Positions 38,640 to 52,409 of a stretch of 64,000 nucleotides of DNA are shown here, piece after piece. The translations under genes were made by a program, and so were the position numbers. Under the pieces are notes generated by a model, which did not search any database, had not been told where the DNA came from, and saw only the letters and a program-made list of their open reading frames with translations. The stretch is taken from contig NC_057719.1 in assembly GCF_004010195.1 (NCBI RefSeq), positions 41,982,139-42,046,138 of the forward strand. The letters are read 5' to 3'. This stretch comes from Chiloscyllium plagiosum. Taxonomy: Eukaryota. Each line of letters starts with the position of its first letter. Positions within the stretch are counted from its first letter, which is position 1.

Positions 38640-40030
38640 CGCCACCATAAGGCATAGAAGCAGATCTAGGCCAAACAGCCCAACAGGGCTGCTCTGTCAT
38701 TCAATCGCAGCTGATCTGTTATTCAACCCTATTCTCCTGCCTTCTCCCTGGAACCATTGATCCCCTTACCAATCAACAACCTATCTACCTCTGTCTTAAA
38801 GAGGCTCAATGACTTGCCCTCCACAGCCCTTTGTGGTGATGCATTCCACAGATTCACCACCCTCTGGCTGAAGAAATTCTTTCTCATCTCTATTCTAAAG
38901 GGTAGCCTCTTCATCTGAGGCTGTGCCCTCAGGTTCTAGTCTCTCCTCATGGAAACATCTTCTCCCCATCCACTCTAACCAGGCCTCTCACTATTCTGTA
39001 AGTTTCAAATTCCCCTTTATCCTTCTAAATCCGTTGAGTACAGAACCAGTGTCCTCAACTGTATCCCATATGACAAGTCCTTCATCCCTGGGATCATTTT
39101 ATAAAACTGCTCTGGACCACCTCCAATGCCATCCTTCCTAAGATACAGGACCAAAACTGCTCACAATATTCCAAATGCAGTCTGATCAGAGTCCGCTACA
39201 GCATAAGCTCATACTTCTATTCTTGTATTGTAGCCTTCTTGAAATGAATGCTAACATTGCATTTGCCTTTCTAACTGTCAACTGACCTGCATGTTAACCT
39301 TAAGAGAATCCTGAACTAGGATTCCCAATTCCCTTTGTGCTTCAGATTTCCAAAACCTTTCTCCATTTAAAAAATAGTCTACACTTCTATTCTTTTTATC
39401 AAAGAGCACATAGATTCTATCTCCGACTGCTCTACTCACTCTCCAACCTTGCCCAAGTCCTTCTGTAAATCCAGCTTTCTCAGCACTACCTGCCCCTCCA
39501 ACTATCTTTGTGTCATCTGCAAACTTAGTAAAGAAGCCTTCAGTTCCTTACTCCAGATTGTTAGTTTAAACATTAATAGTTGTGGTCACAACACGGATCC
39601 TGGTGGAACTCCAATAGTCACTGGTCGCCATCTGGAAAAGACTCCTTCATCCTTACTATTGGCCTTCTGCCAATCAGCCAATTCTCTATCCATGCCAGTA
39701 CCTTGTCCCTAACAGCATGGGCTGTTATCTTGTCAAAGGCCTCCTGAAAATCCAAATAGACCATATCCACTGGCTCTCCATTAGCTAACTTGCTCATTAC
39801 TTCCTCAAAGAATTCTAAGAGGTTTGTCAGGTATGACCTCCCCATGACAAAGCCATGCTGAGTCAACCCTGCACTGAGTATTCCACAATCTGATACTTAG
39901 TAAAGGGCTCTAAAATCTTATCATGATCAGGGTCAGGCTAACTGGCCTATAGTTTTCTACCTCCCTCCCTTCTAATGGCTAATGCAACTCCCAAGGGGTG
40001 TTGCATTAGCCATTTTCCAGTCCTCTTGGA
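38640..40030 (-). mobile_element. CR1 LINE 3' fragment
   Basis: Minus ORFs FRIEMRKNFFSQRVVNLWNASPQRAVE and QHGFVMGRSYLTNLLEFFEEV..VDMVYLDFQEAFDK. Confidence 0.9.
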
Positions 40031-41046
40031 CCAATGTCGGGTTCAATTACTCTCTAACATAACCTGCCCTTTTTTAAATAGCAATTTCTTAGATCAGGGC
40101 TAACTACCAGATGAATAAGAATTCACCCAATGATTACCATTACTTTTAACTAGAACTAAAAATTGGGTGATATACGCACTGTCAGCGAGTTAAGGTATTT
40201 AGTATCCAGTAATCTAATTGTAATTTAAAAATACAATTGTATGGGGTATTTAAAATACAGTAGTTGCAAGTACACTATAAAAGTAAAATAGACAAAAAGA
40301 AGGATAATTTATTTGTACATTAATGACTGAGCTCTAAGTCACCATCACCTTTCAACCCCACCACTCCCTTTGACTAGTCACAATGCTTGTCCGATGTCCA
40401 ATAATGGACCAGCAAAGATTTCCTCCAGCTCAATATTGGGAACACCTCTTTACAAGCTCTGTTCCATGGCACTGAGTCCATCTTTCTCCCTGATCCACAT
40501 TTGAGGCTGAATCAAACCATTTGCAAAATTGCTATTATGTTTGACCCCAAGATGAACCTTTTTCTCCTCATTCACTACATCATCAAGGACATCCATTTTG
40601 AACTCTACAGTGCCGCCCCTCTCCATCCCTGACTTAACCTTCATCTCTGTTGCTCTTTTTGCTACATTTAACTCATTCCAATGCACTTCTTGGAGGCATT
40701 TACACCCTTTATGAGAGTTCACCTAAAACTCGAATGTATATCTCTAATTTGAAATACAACTGCTGAACTTTATAGGTTGGTTATATTTTTGCTAGAATGG
40801 AATAGTTTGGAGAGGTAATTGTGGCATCCAGCAAAATCCGCCCAGATACAAACTTATGTGACCCATTAGTCATGGAATAAGGACTCCAATGGAAATTTAT
40901 TGAATGTAAGGTGCCAGTTTTAGCTTTTGGGCACAAAAGAAAAGACAACAGCTCTTGCAGCTTACAGATTTCTAGATTGTAAGAGGTAGCCAGACTGAAT
41001 TTCTTCTGAAGAATACCCACTACTGGCAAAACAAAATAACTGTCTA

Positions 41047-41230
41047 GATTAGAGTGGTGCTGGAAAAGCGCAGCAGGTCAGGCAGCATCCGAGGAGGAGG
41101 AAAAGCGATGTTTCAGGCAAAAGCCCTTTATCAGGAATAGAGGCAGGGAGCCTCCAGGGTGGAGAGATAAATGGGAGTGGGGGTGAACTGGGGTGTGGGG
41201 GGGGGGAGGGGAAATGAGGAAACTGGTGAG
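41047..41230 (-). mobile_element. Penelope-like terminal repeat fragment (family B) with mutated hammerhead
   Basis: Same as 31090-31240 and 47400-47490; core reads ctgataa-agggc-tttt-gcct-gaaac on minus strand. Confidence 0.8.
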
Positions 41231-42159
41231 CCAAAACAAAATAATTGTTTGTGAGTGAAACATCAAGTGGAGGTCTTATGCAGATGCAAGCCATGTTCAA
41301 GTAAATGAGGGTGGGGGTCGGGGAGCTATATTCTTCAACTGTAAAATAAGTGCATCTTCTCCTTCTAGGTACAAAGTATGACATGATGACATTGAATTGA
41401 TAATATAATTTCGCCATGTCAGTCTTCAATATTATGAATCATTTGGATACAAAAGCTTGCCATTTCAAATCAAAATGAACAAGCTATTAAGTAAATTTTT
41501 TGTTGCCCTCTCTATTCCTCAGACACCAGATGAGAGAATGTTTGGGAGTGCTTTATGGCCAAGTAGGATAAGACAGCACAAGGTTGGAAGAAGAGGCCTG
41601 CTACCAGGACCCCATATTCCCTCTAATTTTTCTTTCTTCTGCATGGACCTCGGAGGTCCATGTGTGACAGTGACATCTGAAACTGGATGTCAATGTGTTG
41701 GAATACTGGGACTGTGGACAGCCATAGCAGATTAGCCTGCTGAAGAAGGTATCCCTGTTTCTATGCCTTTTTACATTTTCTTTGGATTTGTAAAAAAACT
41801 TTTTGGAGACTTCAATAAGAAATATGGAAAGAGTGAGAAAGCAGGGGGCCTCTAAATTCACAGCTGTGAGAGAATCTTCCTACATATGGCCAGGGTTTTT
41901 TTGCTGTTTGATGCCCAAGCCTAGACTCCTGGTTGGCCTCTGAACTCCCTTTCAATGTATTAATTGGCTGCTTTCCTGCTACCAGTCACTGATTGTCAAA
42001 TCAAGTGTTGCATGGTCAATGTGAGACCATGGAGTCAGGTAGTGAATGGAACTCTCACTTTTGCCTCTCTCAGCCTTCCAGGAACATAAAATCTAGCACA
42101 AAATCTCTCAAGCATTAGAGCCCAGAAAATCACCAGGGCAACTCTGTGCTTAGGATTTT

Positions 42160-43170
42160 CCTTTATTCATTCATAGAATGGGGGTGTTGCTGGCAAGGCA
42201 GACACTTATTGCTCATTCTGAATTGTCACAGAAAAAGATGGCAACAAGCTGCCTTGTTGAACTGTTGGGTTGTAGGAACACCCATAAATGCTGTTAGGGA
42301 GGGTATTCCAGGATTTGTGGTAAATGCTGAACTTGCAGGTGATGATGATGCTCCCATGAATCCGTTGCTGTTGTCGCTCTGCGTGGAAAAGTATGGGAGT
42401 TTGGACGATTCTGTCAAGGTGTCTTGCAGAGGTGTTGTTGCTCATTAAGTCGATAAAACACACTCCTGCTGCTAAGCATCGGTGGTGAGGGAGTGGCTGT
42501 TTGTGAATGTGGTGTCAACCAAGTGGACTGCTTTGTTCTAGATGATAGCAAGGTTCCTATGTGCTGTTGGAGCTGAACTCATCCAGGCAAGTAGGAAATG
42601 TTCCATCACAAACTTGACCCCTGTGCTTCTTCTTAGATGGTGTACAGATACTGGGGAAACAAGAGGTGAGTTACTTATTGCAGGATTCCCAGCCTCTGAC
42701 CTACTCTGGTAGTCACAGTATTCATACTGGTCAGGCACATCCAGTTTCTGGTCAATGCTAACCCCCAGAATGTTGATATTGAGGGACACAGCTGTGATGA
42801 TGCCATGGTTCAATTCTGTCTTGTTGGAGATGGTCATGGCCATGGAATTAAAGAGACACAAATGATATTTGTTATTATCAGCCTAAAAGTAGATATTACC
42901 CAGGTCTTGCCATATGGACATGGACTACTTCAGTATCTGAGGACTACTGAATGATGCTGAACATTGAGTAAAATATTTGAGGAGCCATGATGATACTGAA
43001 TATTGGACAATCTTCAGGGATCTTCTGCCCTTCTGTTGAAGCAGTCAAAGATGACTTGGCATATGATTCTACCCTGAGGTACTCAAACTGAGGTGATTGA
43101 CTTCCAAGAACCACACCCATCTTTCTTTGTACCATGTATGACTCCAATCATCTAAAGGCTTCCTTGGTAG
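42160..43170 (-). mobile_element. Old LINE (CR1/L2 group) 3' fragment whose tail resembles that of the SacSINE1-like SINEs
   Basis: Minus peptide LNINILGVSIDQKL; 3' end ..aaatcctggaataccctccctaacagc..ttcaacaaggcagc..gaatgaataaa; plus-strand copy at 48770-49130. Confidence 0.65.
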
Positions 43171-45229
43171 GATCTCATGATGGAACAATCAGTTAAATGT
43201 TGCCTTGATAACAAGCCTGGAAGCTGTTGTGTGTAGCAATATCACTTCAGAGACCAAGACTGCTGGCTGAGAAGCAACTGCAATATTATAAACAGATGAT
43301 GGATTCTTCTGGGTCTGGAGGCAGAAGGCCTGGATGCAAGAAGTGAACATAACTGGGGAGAACTCTCCCATCACGCACAAATTAAATCCTGGACAGGAAA
43401 GCCCTAACTCCACCTTCCTGCCCTGCAATGAATTGAGGCCTTAAGAGGCCACTCAGCTGCTTAACTGAATGCTTCAGGGCCTCATTCTGTTTAAGCTACA
43501 ATTATTTCAGCTCCAAGCACAATAAAAAAAAGTCAATCTACGTAACTGATTAACCAGCGCTACCAGCTAGCAGGCGTATGTGAGTGCAAATATGTGGTCA
43601 CTCAGCCTGCATTAATCTGTGCACAATCAGCAGACTGGACCTGGTTGGGATACAGCCACAGAGAACCACTCTCCTGCCTCCTTTTAGTCAGATGCTGTTG
43701 ACTGCTGGTACTGGCTCATTGCAGGTCCTCATTCCAGTACACAACCCACTAATCAGCTGTCAGATTCCCATCTTCATCAACTGAAGGGCGTCTCCCACTC
43801 CACCCCACAAAATCCCTGTTTACAGACTGAGTCTAAAAACACAAAAATCCCAGCCAAAATCCACAAAGTTAGGTAAGCTTTTTCAATACAAACATGAGCT
43901 CTTTTTTAAAAAAAATTGTGTATAACAACATGTTAATAGTGAAAAATGTTCACTCAAATGAAATCAGATTTTATCAAATGCCCATGAGAATATGTCATTG
44001 GTAAAATTGCAAATTCAAAAGCACAATAATTTACAATGATAATTTTTCAAGATGTTTGCTGTGTTATATGCTTTGAACTTCCTTCCTTATGAAGGTTTGA
44101 TACAAACAAAGAGGAAAAGTGACAATTCTGCTCAAATGGAACAAGAACTTCACAACAATGTCATCCGACTTTATGCAAATAGATTATCCACCTGGATTTT
44201 AGTTCAAGGAGCTAAAACATTGCACTGATGTTAAAGTAAATATTATAACTTTAGTCTAATTATATAAAATGTATGAATATGACACGTAAGTAGACAAAGC
44301 ATTAACAGTACATATCATGTGACTGATCCAACTTCCCGCACATGAGTCATTGCGTGTGTCTCTCTCTCTCTCTCTCAGTAAACCAATAAAAACAATTTGT
44401 GTTAATTAATGGCAGCAGTGGACAGTTAATGGCCTTGTTTCACTCACTAATTTTTAAAAAAAGGCAAAGTGCTTTTTTAATTAAAAGGCTACTTGGCTCT
44501 GTTATAAATCATCTTCATTTTACTATGTGTCTGAATTCTCTTATCAACAAATAATGTCTTCCAGCACATAGCACTACAAAAGGACATTGAAGACAAATGT
44601 GAGATCACGCAGTCAGTTCAAAGGTCTTTGGTAACAAAGTACAAGCACATGACCACACCACATAACATTTCAATTATCAGGTATTTATAGTCTTGAAGAG
44701 ACAATCTAGAAGCTTAGGTGCTGAAGCAATGCATTAATAGACAACGATAATGGGACTGATAGCAACACAGATAGATATATTGATCCTCCTATTGTAGAGC
44801 ACAGAGCTGAGGTCTTCAGTATGCTTAACGAGCTTAGTACAACCCAATGTGTCTTGACAATATGAGATGCTATGCACAAGCTCACTTTATACAGTGAAAA
44901 AGTTATTAAAACATAACAGAACTCCAAAATGGAAAGCAATAATTTGGAAAAGGAGCTAAAGATTAAGTCCTGTGTTGTGTTGTTTTATACAAGGTAGCCC
45001 TTGGTCATAATGGGGAAAAAAGTATGTAGTTAGTAACTGAACTCTGATAGGCTAATGATTGGAAGGCAAATTTGTGATACATATATTTCCAGTTAACTCA
45101 TAATATTCAAGGTTAAAGTGCAGTTGTTTTTCACTGAGCATGCCAATCTATAGAGAGTACAATTTCAGGTTTCCTGGATCTGAATTTGTCTCAATTATTT
45201 CCAAATATGGCCCATGGTGTTTTGGAAAA

Positions 45230-45545
45230 CATTGTACTGGTAATGTCACTACACTAGGGTTCCCAGGCCCAGGGACATGGGTTCAAATCCCAGCATGGCA
45301 GCTGGTACAATCTGAATTCAATTAATAAATCTGGCATGTGAAGGTCTGTGCCCAGTAACAGTGACCATGAAATTATCAACAATTGTCATTAAAAAATCTA
45401 CCTGGTTTGCTCATGTCCCTTCAGCAAGGAAACCTGATCTGGCACTAGATGACTTCAGGCCTACAGCAAGGGCAAATTAGGGACATGTAACTGGGAACAA
45501 ATGCTAGCCTTCCCAGAAACAACCACATCGCATGAAAGAATAAGG
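45230..45545 (+). mobile_element. SacSINE1-like DeuSINE
   Basis: gggttcaaatcccagcatggcagctggt..gaattcaattaataaatctgg..tgtcccttcagcaaggaaacctg..catgaaagaataa. Confidence 0.65.
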
Positions 45546-46635
45546 AAAATAAAAAGTTTCACTTTACACAATCATTTGAAACTATTATAGTATTATTTCA
45601 TAAAATCATCTAATGTTTCAAAACTGAACTTTCCATTTTTTAAACTTATGATATAGTTAGCATAACCCACATTTGTCCTTGGCACGAAATGGATATGTTG
45701 CTTTGATTAAACACCTCAGTTTGGATGGCTAATCAATACAGGAAACGAGAGTATTGAATTCTGTATCTATAGAATTAACTATTGACTTCTGATTTTTATT
45801 TTGGTTTATTTTCAACTTAACACATTCCAGATTCTACTCCTTCAAAATTTGATGATTAGCCTTAGATGACAATAAAACGAACTATTCACAGGAGATCTTT
45901 GTTGAATGCAATGAAGCAGGAATACAAGATGTACAATTATGTACTTGTACATGATGGGAATGAATAAGAAACTACTGCAGTGAAACTTACCTTGAGCAAT
46001 AGCACATTCACAGCCCATTTTACTTAATAGAAAAGAAAATAAGTGGATGTATAATCAGTTGCTAACTTTATTATCCAATTTTTGCAACTGTCCAATACCA
46101 ATTTGAACCCTAATGACTAAGGCCTAACCCTATTGGAAATTGTAAATTTGTTATAATTTTTTTTCGTGCAGAGTGCATCAATCATTTGAACTGATAATTG
46201 CTGAGTATGATTCACGCCAAACAAGTCTCAGATAAACTAAGAGAGAGTCTGCCTATTTCCACCTGATATTTAGAGACATTACCATGACTGATTTCCACAC
46301 TATCAATACTCAATAGTCCTTATTGGCTTGAAGAATGACTAAACCAGCTAAATAAATCTCATAACTTTTACAACAAGTCAGATGCTTGAAATTATGTGGT
46401 AAATGGTTCATTGTCTTGCTTCAAAAAATGTATCCACCATTTACAAAGCAAAAGTCAGGAGTATGTTGGAAAATGGTTGTGGAAGGGCCTCTTTCCTTTA
46501 CGCTACACTCAAACTGGTGTCTGGGGTTCAACGATTATTGTGGTGGTCTCTTTCCAGCAGGCTCTGAAACTTCAAAGACCCGAAATGTTGCACTGGGGCA
46601 ACTCAGCTGGAGAGAGAGAGTGCTGAACCAAACTC

Positions 46636-47500
46636 ACCACATTTCCGCCACCTACAAACAGACACCAGACATATATTTCCCTCCCCACTCTATTCACTTT
46701 CTGTAAAGACCGTTCCCTCTGCGACTACCTCCTCAGGTCCACTCCCCCCAACAATCCACCCTCCCGTCCTGGCACCTTCCCCTGCCATTGCAGGAATTGC
46801 AAAACCTGTGCCCACACCTCCTCCCTCACCTCCATCCAAGGCCCTAAAGGACCCTTCCATATCCATCACAGTTTCACCTCTCCTTCCATACATGTTATTT
46901 ACTGTATCCGTTGCTCCCGATGTGATCTCCTCTACATTGAGGAGGCAAGACGCCCACTCGCAAACTGCTTTAGAGAACATCTCTGGGCCCCCCCACACCA
47001 ACCAACCCCACTGCACCGTGAACAAACATTTCAACTTCCCCTCCCACTCTGCCGAGGACATACAGGTCCTGGGCCACCTCCAACACCACTCCCTCACCAC
47101 CCGACGCCTGGAGGAAGAACGCCTCATCTTCCGCCTCGGGACCCTCCGACCCCACAGCATCAATGTGGATTTCACCAGTTTCCTCATTTCCCCTCCCTCC
47201 CACCTTACCCCAGTTCCAACCTTCCAGCTCAGCACCATCCTCATAACCTGTCCCACTTGTCCACCATTCTTCCCACTTATCCACTCCATCCTCCTCTCCG
47301 ACCTATCACCTTCACCCCCCCCATCCACCTATTGCACATTCAATTACCTTCCACCCAGCCCCACCCCCTTCCAATTTTTCTATCCATCTGAGAGGTTCCC
47401 AGCCTTATTCCTGATGAAGGGTTTTTGCCCGAAACATCAATTTTCCTGCTCCTCTGATGCTGCCTGACCTGCTGTGCTTTTCCAGCATCACACTGTTGAC
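46636..47500 (+). mobile_element. Penelope-like element 3' part (GIY-YIG remnant + hammerhead-bearing terminal repeat)
   Basis: Frames give GTFPCHCRNCKTC, HVIYCIRCSRCDLLYIEE (GIY-YIG signature), HFNFPSHS..RRLEEERLIFRLGTLRPHSINVDF; ctgatga-agggt-tttt-gccc-gaaac at 47411-47435. Confidence 0.9.
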
Positions 47501-48769
47501 TCAGTGCTTATAGCCTGACCAGCGAGTCGGAACTTATCTCCACACAGTAATTGCGAGCACCACCATTGCCTGGGTGACACTCTCTCTTGTTGGTGGGACA
47601 ACTGCTACCTGATACCTACCCACTCAGGCAGTACCCCCAAGAGAGAGAAAGAGAGATCAAACTGCTTATCCTGGCCAGCAATCCCCCTTGAGTGGGCGGT
47701 TTAAATCGCCTGGATCACCCTGCGGTCCTTGACACTGGAATTTTAGTGTGGGATCTGCTGTGTACCCAGAAGGAGGACAGACGGACTCAAATATGAATTC
47801 AAAATTACCAGTGAACTTTATTACAGAAAATATTCAACTTGCCCAATCCATACAATACTTTGATGAGACTTATACTCTATACTATGATCTAAAATATAAG
47901 AAAACTGGAGCAGACACAATGTAAATCTTTAACCTTACACAATTTACAGGGTACTTATACTTTAAGAATTATACAACCACCCTCCCCCACACCCCATGCC
48001 TAACCAACTACTCAAAAGTACGATATGTCCCAGCCCTATAAAGAGTTCTCATGGTCTCAGAGGTACTTGTTGCTTGTCCAGTGGGGCTCCCTCTCTGTTT
48101 TGGGTGTATTTGCGGACTTCCGAAGTTCGAGGTCACAGACAAGGTCGATTGTCTACAGCCCCAAAGGGTTGGTGTCCAGAGACGCAGCGAGCTCAGAGCA
48201 GGTGAGTGATAAAGTAAAAGAGCCCCGGTAGCTGGCCCTGCTGTCCCTTTACCCTTGCGATTCCAAAGGGCCGGCTGGCTCCGCCCCTCAGGTAACTCCA
48301 TTTCACAAAGCATCTCCAGTGATTGCTGGAGCCGGTTTAATCTCATCATTCGTGGAAACAAAAGGGTCGATACCGTCCCAAATTTACTTCACTGAAATCT
48401 TGATGACTTCATGAAGTCTCCCAAAGTATTTTCAGATTAGAGTAAATTGTTATCCCATTAACTAGATCGGCTCCATTGTTCATAGTTTTGGAATTCATTA
48501 CTATTTCTCTGCCTGTCCCTTAATATTTGTCTGGAGAGTGCCATTTTGTTGGTCGAGTTCTCTCATACCTCTGAGGATCTCTGACCCCAGAAGAAGATGT
48601 GTCCTTATTCTGGCAGGCCTGCTGGGAAATGCTGCCTGCACAGATGCCAGGTTTACCAGTTTTTCACAAAAGACCATTTTCTTTCAGTCTTTCCTTTTAA
48701 AACTGAGAATTGCCCTGAAACTGCTACACTGCCCTCATGCAGAGCCAGGTACAGAACTGTTCAAGAATT

Positions 48770-49130
48770 CAGCAAAAGCTACCATGGTTCCAATGTACCA
48801 AATGATCCATTACAATAACACTCCAAAGACTCTTCAATGTTATCTTACAAACCCACAACCTCCACCGTCTCAAAGGACAAGGGCAGCAAATTATTTGGGA
48901 CAACTATCACTATAGCTCCCTCTCTAAGCCACACAACATCCTGACTTGTACATATACCATCATTCCTTCATTGTTACTGGATCAACATCCTGAAACTCCC
49001 CATCAAATAGCATAGTAACAGCATCTATTTCCCACAGACTGGAGCAGTTTGGAAAGAAGACCTGCCACCATCATCTTTTCAAGGACAAGCAGCAATGGAC
49101 AATTAATAACCACCTTGTTAATGATGTCCC
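48770..49130 (+). mobile_element. Old LINE 3' end (family of 42160-43170)
   Basis: aaggacaagggcagca...catcctgacttg...cattccttcattgttactggatcaacatcctgaaactccc...ggacaattaataa. Confidence 0.6.
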
Positions 49131-49637
49131 TTTCAATCATACCATCAATCAGAGAATTAGACCCCTATTTTGCATCGGTCAAGCCATGTAGTAATGGGTG
49201 TCATTGCACCGTAGATATTGGTATGGGCTGGTGTCTTTCGAGTTCAAAGTGTTTTAATGTCACAAGCCACTGGATCTCACTTTGCTATATATTCTCTCAG
49301 TGAGGCAAGAGCTCTGTGCATTCAGGTTTGCATATATGTCCACAGGTTTATTCATGAACTAAGACATCATTTGTAAAGAATGTCATTTCTTTACTGACAT
49401 CAAACTACTTACAAGATCAATTTGGAAAGGTACGTAGATTATCTGGTATTTTTAAGACATGGCCTACACTTTGTTGGAAGCAAAGTTAAGGAGTGTGAGT
49501 CATAGATGGCTTTACATATCCTGGCATCAGCGCTTTAAAAGTCAGCTCATCTCACGATGCCACACAACAGCATTGCAACAGCACAAAAGCAGCAAATTAT
49601 AAGATCAGTATATGATACTAGACAACCAGATAAGGAG

Positions 49638-50530
49638 TTTTTTTAATTTCAAAAATATACTTTATTTGTAAAATATTTTGATGATCTGTACAATTGGTCA
49701 TGCCATACATCCGTAAACATTCTATTTCTTGATTTATAGAGACAGAGTAATTATTTATATACACAGGTCTGTACGATTACATATTTAGCTGAGGCGTCAG
49801 CAGAGCCCAAATGACTGCGTGGGCCCCCTATTCTTCGTTAGGCAGGCAGACTTTACACAGTGGTCTTTCCCCACCGCGCCTTGGCGGCAGCTGCCCCAAG
49901 CTTCAGCGCGTCCCTCAACACGTAGTCCTGGACTGACACGTAGTGCCAGTCCGCAATACTCAGTCGGGGTCAACTCCTTCAGCTGGAAGATCAACAGGTT
50001 TCAGACCACCCAGAGAGCGTCCTTCACTGAGTTGATGATCCTCCAGGCACAGTTGATGTTCGTCTCGATGTGCGTCCCGGGGAACAGACCATAGAGCACG
50101 GAGTCCCGCGTCACGGCGCTGCTCGGGACGAACCTCGACAAACACCACTGCATTCCTCTCCAGACTTCCTCTGCATAGGCATATTCCAGAAGGAGGTGTA
50201 TGACAGTCTCGTCCCTTCTGCAGCCGCTTCGAGGGCAGCGTGCGGTGCGGGAGAGAGTCCGGGCATCCATAAAGGATCTCACAGGCAGAGTCCTTCTCAC
50301 CACCAGCCAAGCCATGTCTTGGTGCTTGTTGGAAAGTTCTGGCGATGAGGCATTCTGCCAAATGGCTTTGACAGCCTGCTCAGGGAACCACTCAATAGGA
50401 TCCGCCCTCTCCTTTTCCCGAAGGGTCTCAAGGACACTATGTGCTGACCACTTCCTGATGGACTTGTGGTCAAAGGTGTTTTTCTTCATAAACTTCTCCA
50501 CGAAGGACAGGTGATACGGAACGGTCCGGA
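49638..50530 (-). mobile_element. 5'-truncated Tx1/L1-like LINE of a second family (C-terminal zinc-binding region + 3'UTR + polyA)
   Basis: Minus ORF 50001-50543 IWQNASSPELSNKHQDMAWLVVRRTLPVR..CPRSGC..ETVIHLLLE..WRIINSVKDALW; aataaa and T-run at 49638-49668 on plus. Confidence 0.88.
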
Positions 50531-51512
50531 TGCAACTCATCAACAGATTACCACACAGTTAAATCCTGATCCAAAACTGCCTGAGCAATGTGATATATAC
50601 CACTTACGCACAAAACATTCCATGTTAAAGTTGAGTTTGCCCTATTAGATAACTTCAAAAAAAATGTTAAAACATCAAAAACTGAGAAGTTGTCATGGAC
50701 TCAATGTGTGAATTTTCATATGGTGTACTGCACAGTTATTATACCTGGTAAACATGACACTTACTCATGGGCTTCCAAGTCCAGTTCATTTGCGTACCCA
50801 CTGGATTCATCACGGATACAAATTACATGTTAGAATACATAATAAAAAGGAAAGAACAATGCTCAGCTTACTCACTTTACTGTCAGAGAGCTTCATCAAT
50901 CATTTTAATCACACAACTCAAAAATATGTCTACAAAAGAACCATCTGTGCCATGAATCTTGTTCCATGCCTCACATCTCCCTGAACAGCAATTACTTGCA
51001 CACTTAACTTGAAAATTCTGTCTTCCTTTTCTTTTAAGGATGATGTCACTATTTCTTCATGTTCTACTCTCCCATGGTATTTGGCACATGTTGCTCAATG
51101 GCCAGCACCCCTCACATTGATGCAACCTTTTCCACAGGACAAAATGACACACAGTGCCCTCATGAGATATTCCCACCTTTAAAGCTTTCATATCCTAAAG
51201 GCAGAAATCATAAATTCACGGGAAGACACTGGGCATGGGAGGTCACCAATATGTTTCAATATCCAGACAATGAGTGAATGATTATGGCCTGGCATCCACG
51301 TTAAACACCTAGAGAAAGAACAGTCCATTCCTTTCACACATATTGTTACCTTTTACCTTTTCTTTCTACTTACCTCTTCCTTAATTGGTCCACCAATGCA
51401 AACTTTAGTCAGAAAACACTATACTCAAATTTTCAAACACAGTGCTTCTGGTTTAACACAGAATTTAAGCTAGAAAGTCAGGAATATCTCCAAAATCTGA
51501 GGCAACAGGAGC

Positions 51513-51836
51513 AGCATTGTGGCTCAGTGGTTAGCACTGCTGCCTCACAGCACCAGGGACCTGGGTTCAATTCCAGCCTTGGGTGGCCGCCTGTGTGGAG
51601 TTTGCACATTCTCCCTGTGTCTGCGTGGGTTTTCTCCGGGTACTCTGATTTCCTCCCACAATCCAAAACTGTGCAAGCTAGGTGAATTGGCCATGCTAGA
51701 TTGCCCATAATGTTAGGTGTATTAGTCAGGGGTATATATGGGGAATGGGTCTGGGTGGGTTGCTCTTCGGAGGGTCGGTGTGGACTTGTTGGGCCGAAGG
51801 ACCTGTTTCCGTACTGTAGAGTATCTATCTATCTAA
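51513..51836 (+). mobile_element. HE1-like V-SINE, full length
   Basis: gtggctcagtggttagcactgctgcctcacagc..gggttcaattcc..gggccgaaggacctgtttccgtactgta..(tcta)n. Confidence 0.9.
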
Positions 51837-52409
51837 CACATCATGGTATATTTAACTCTCAGAACATTCCTGCACAAAAATTACAATGAATTGGGACAAA
51901 TTTAACTCAATTATCTACAATAACTTTTTTTTAAATTAACATTTTTTTTTAAATTAACCAATTCAGAGACATTATTACACACCTCTGGAGCAGATGGGAC
52001 TTGAACCCGAGGCCCCCTGGCTTAGAGGTGTGGGAGACTACCACAATGCCAGAAGACCCATATATAACAAATAAAATTCAATTTCAAGCCACATAGGCAC
52101 TAGAAAAGTCAGGGTACTGAAGCAAGCTGCAAAGAATATTTTATTAGGAGAAAATTAGAGGAACAGTTGAAGGTACTGATGTGATGAAAATGGAAACATG
52201 CAAGAGTCCAAGTTGGAAGTAAGCAGAGGTCTTTGACAATTGTAGGACTGGAAGAGATTTCAGAGTTAGGGAGGAGTAACCACATTGAAATCTGAAAATA
52301 AGGATAGGAATTTTAAAATTGAGACATTTGGATATGATTTCTTTGTTGTATTTCATATTGGTGTGACTGGTACATTTTTAGTTTGACAGGCCTAAATTGA
52401 TTTACTAGA

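Noticed and set aside
44357..44377. (CT)n microsatellite and CA/TG tracts at 59594-60050
   Set aside because: Ordinary simple repeats; the latter are internal to the Penelope element
46690..47467. 212-aa and 219-aa overlapping ORFs
   Set aside because: Out-of-frame or antisense readings of the Penelope GIY-YIG remnant, not host genes
47730..48760. Possible solo LTR on the minus strand (similarly 12290-13490 and 8820-9284)
   Set aside because: LTR-like composition only; no second copy, PBS/PPT or TSD could be confirmed
51513..51590. tRNA-like A/B boxes (also 27087, ~3000-, ~30770-, 21610, ~51990-)
   Set aside because: SINE heads; they continue into SINE body and tail and have no complete cloverleaf
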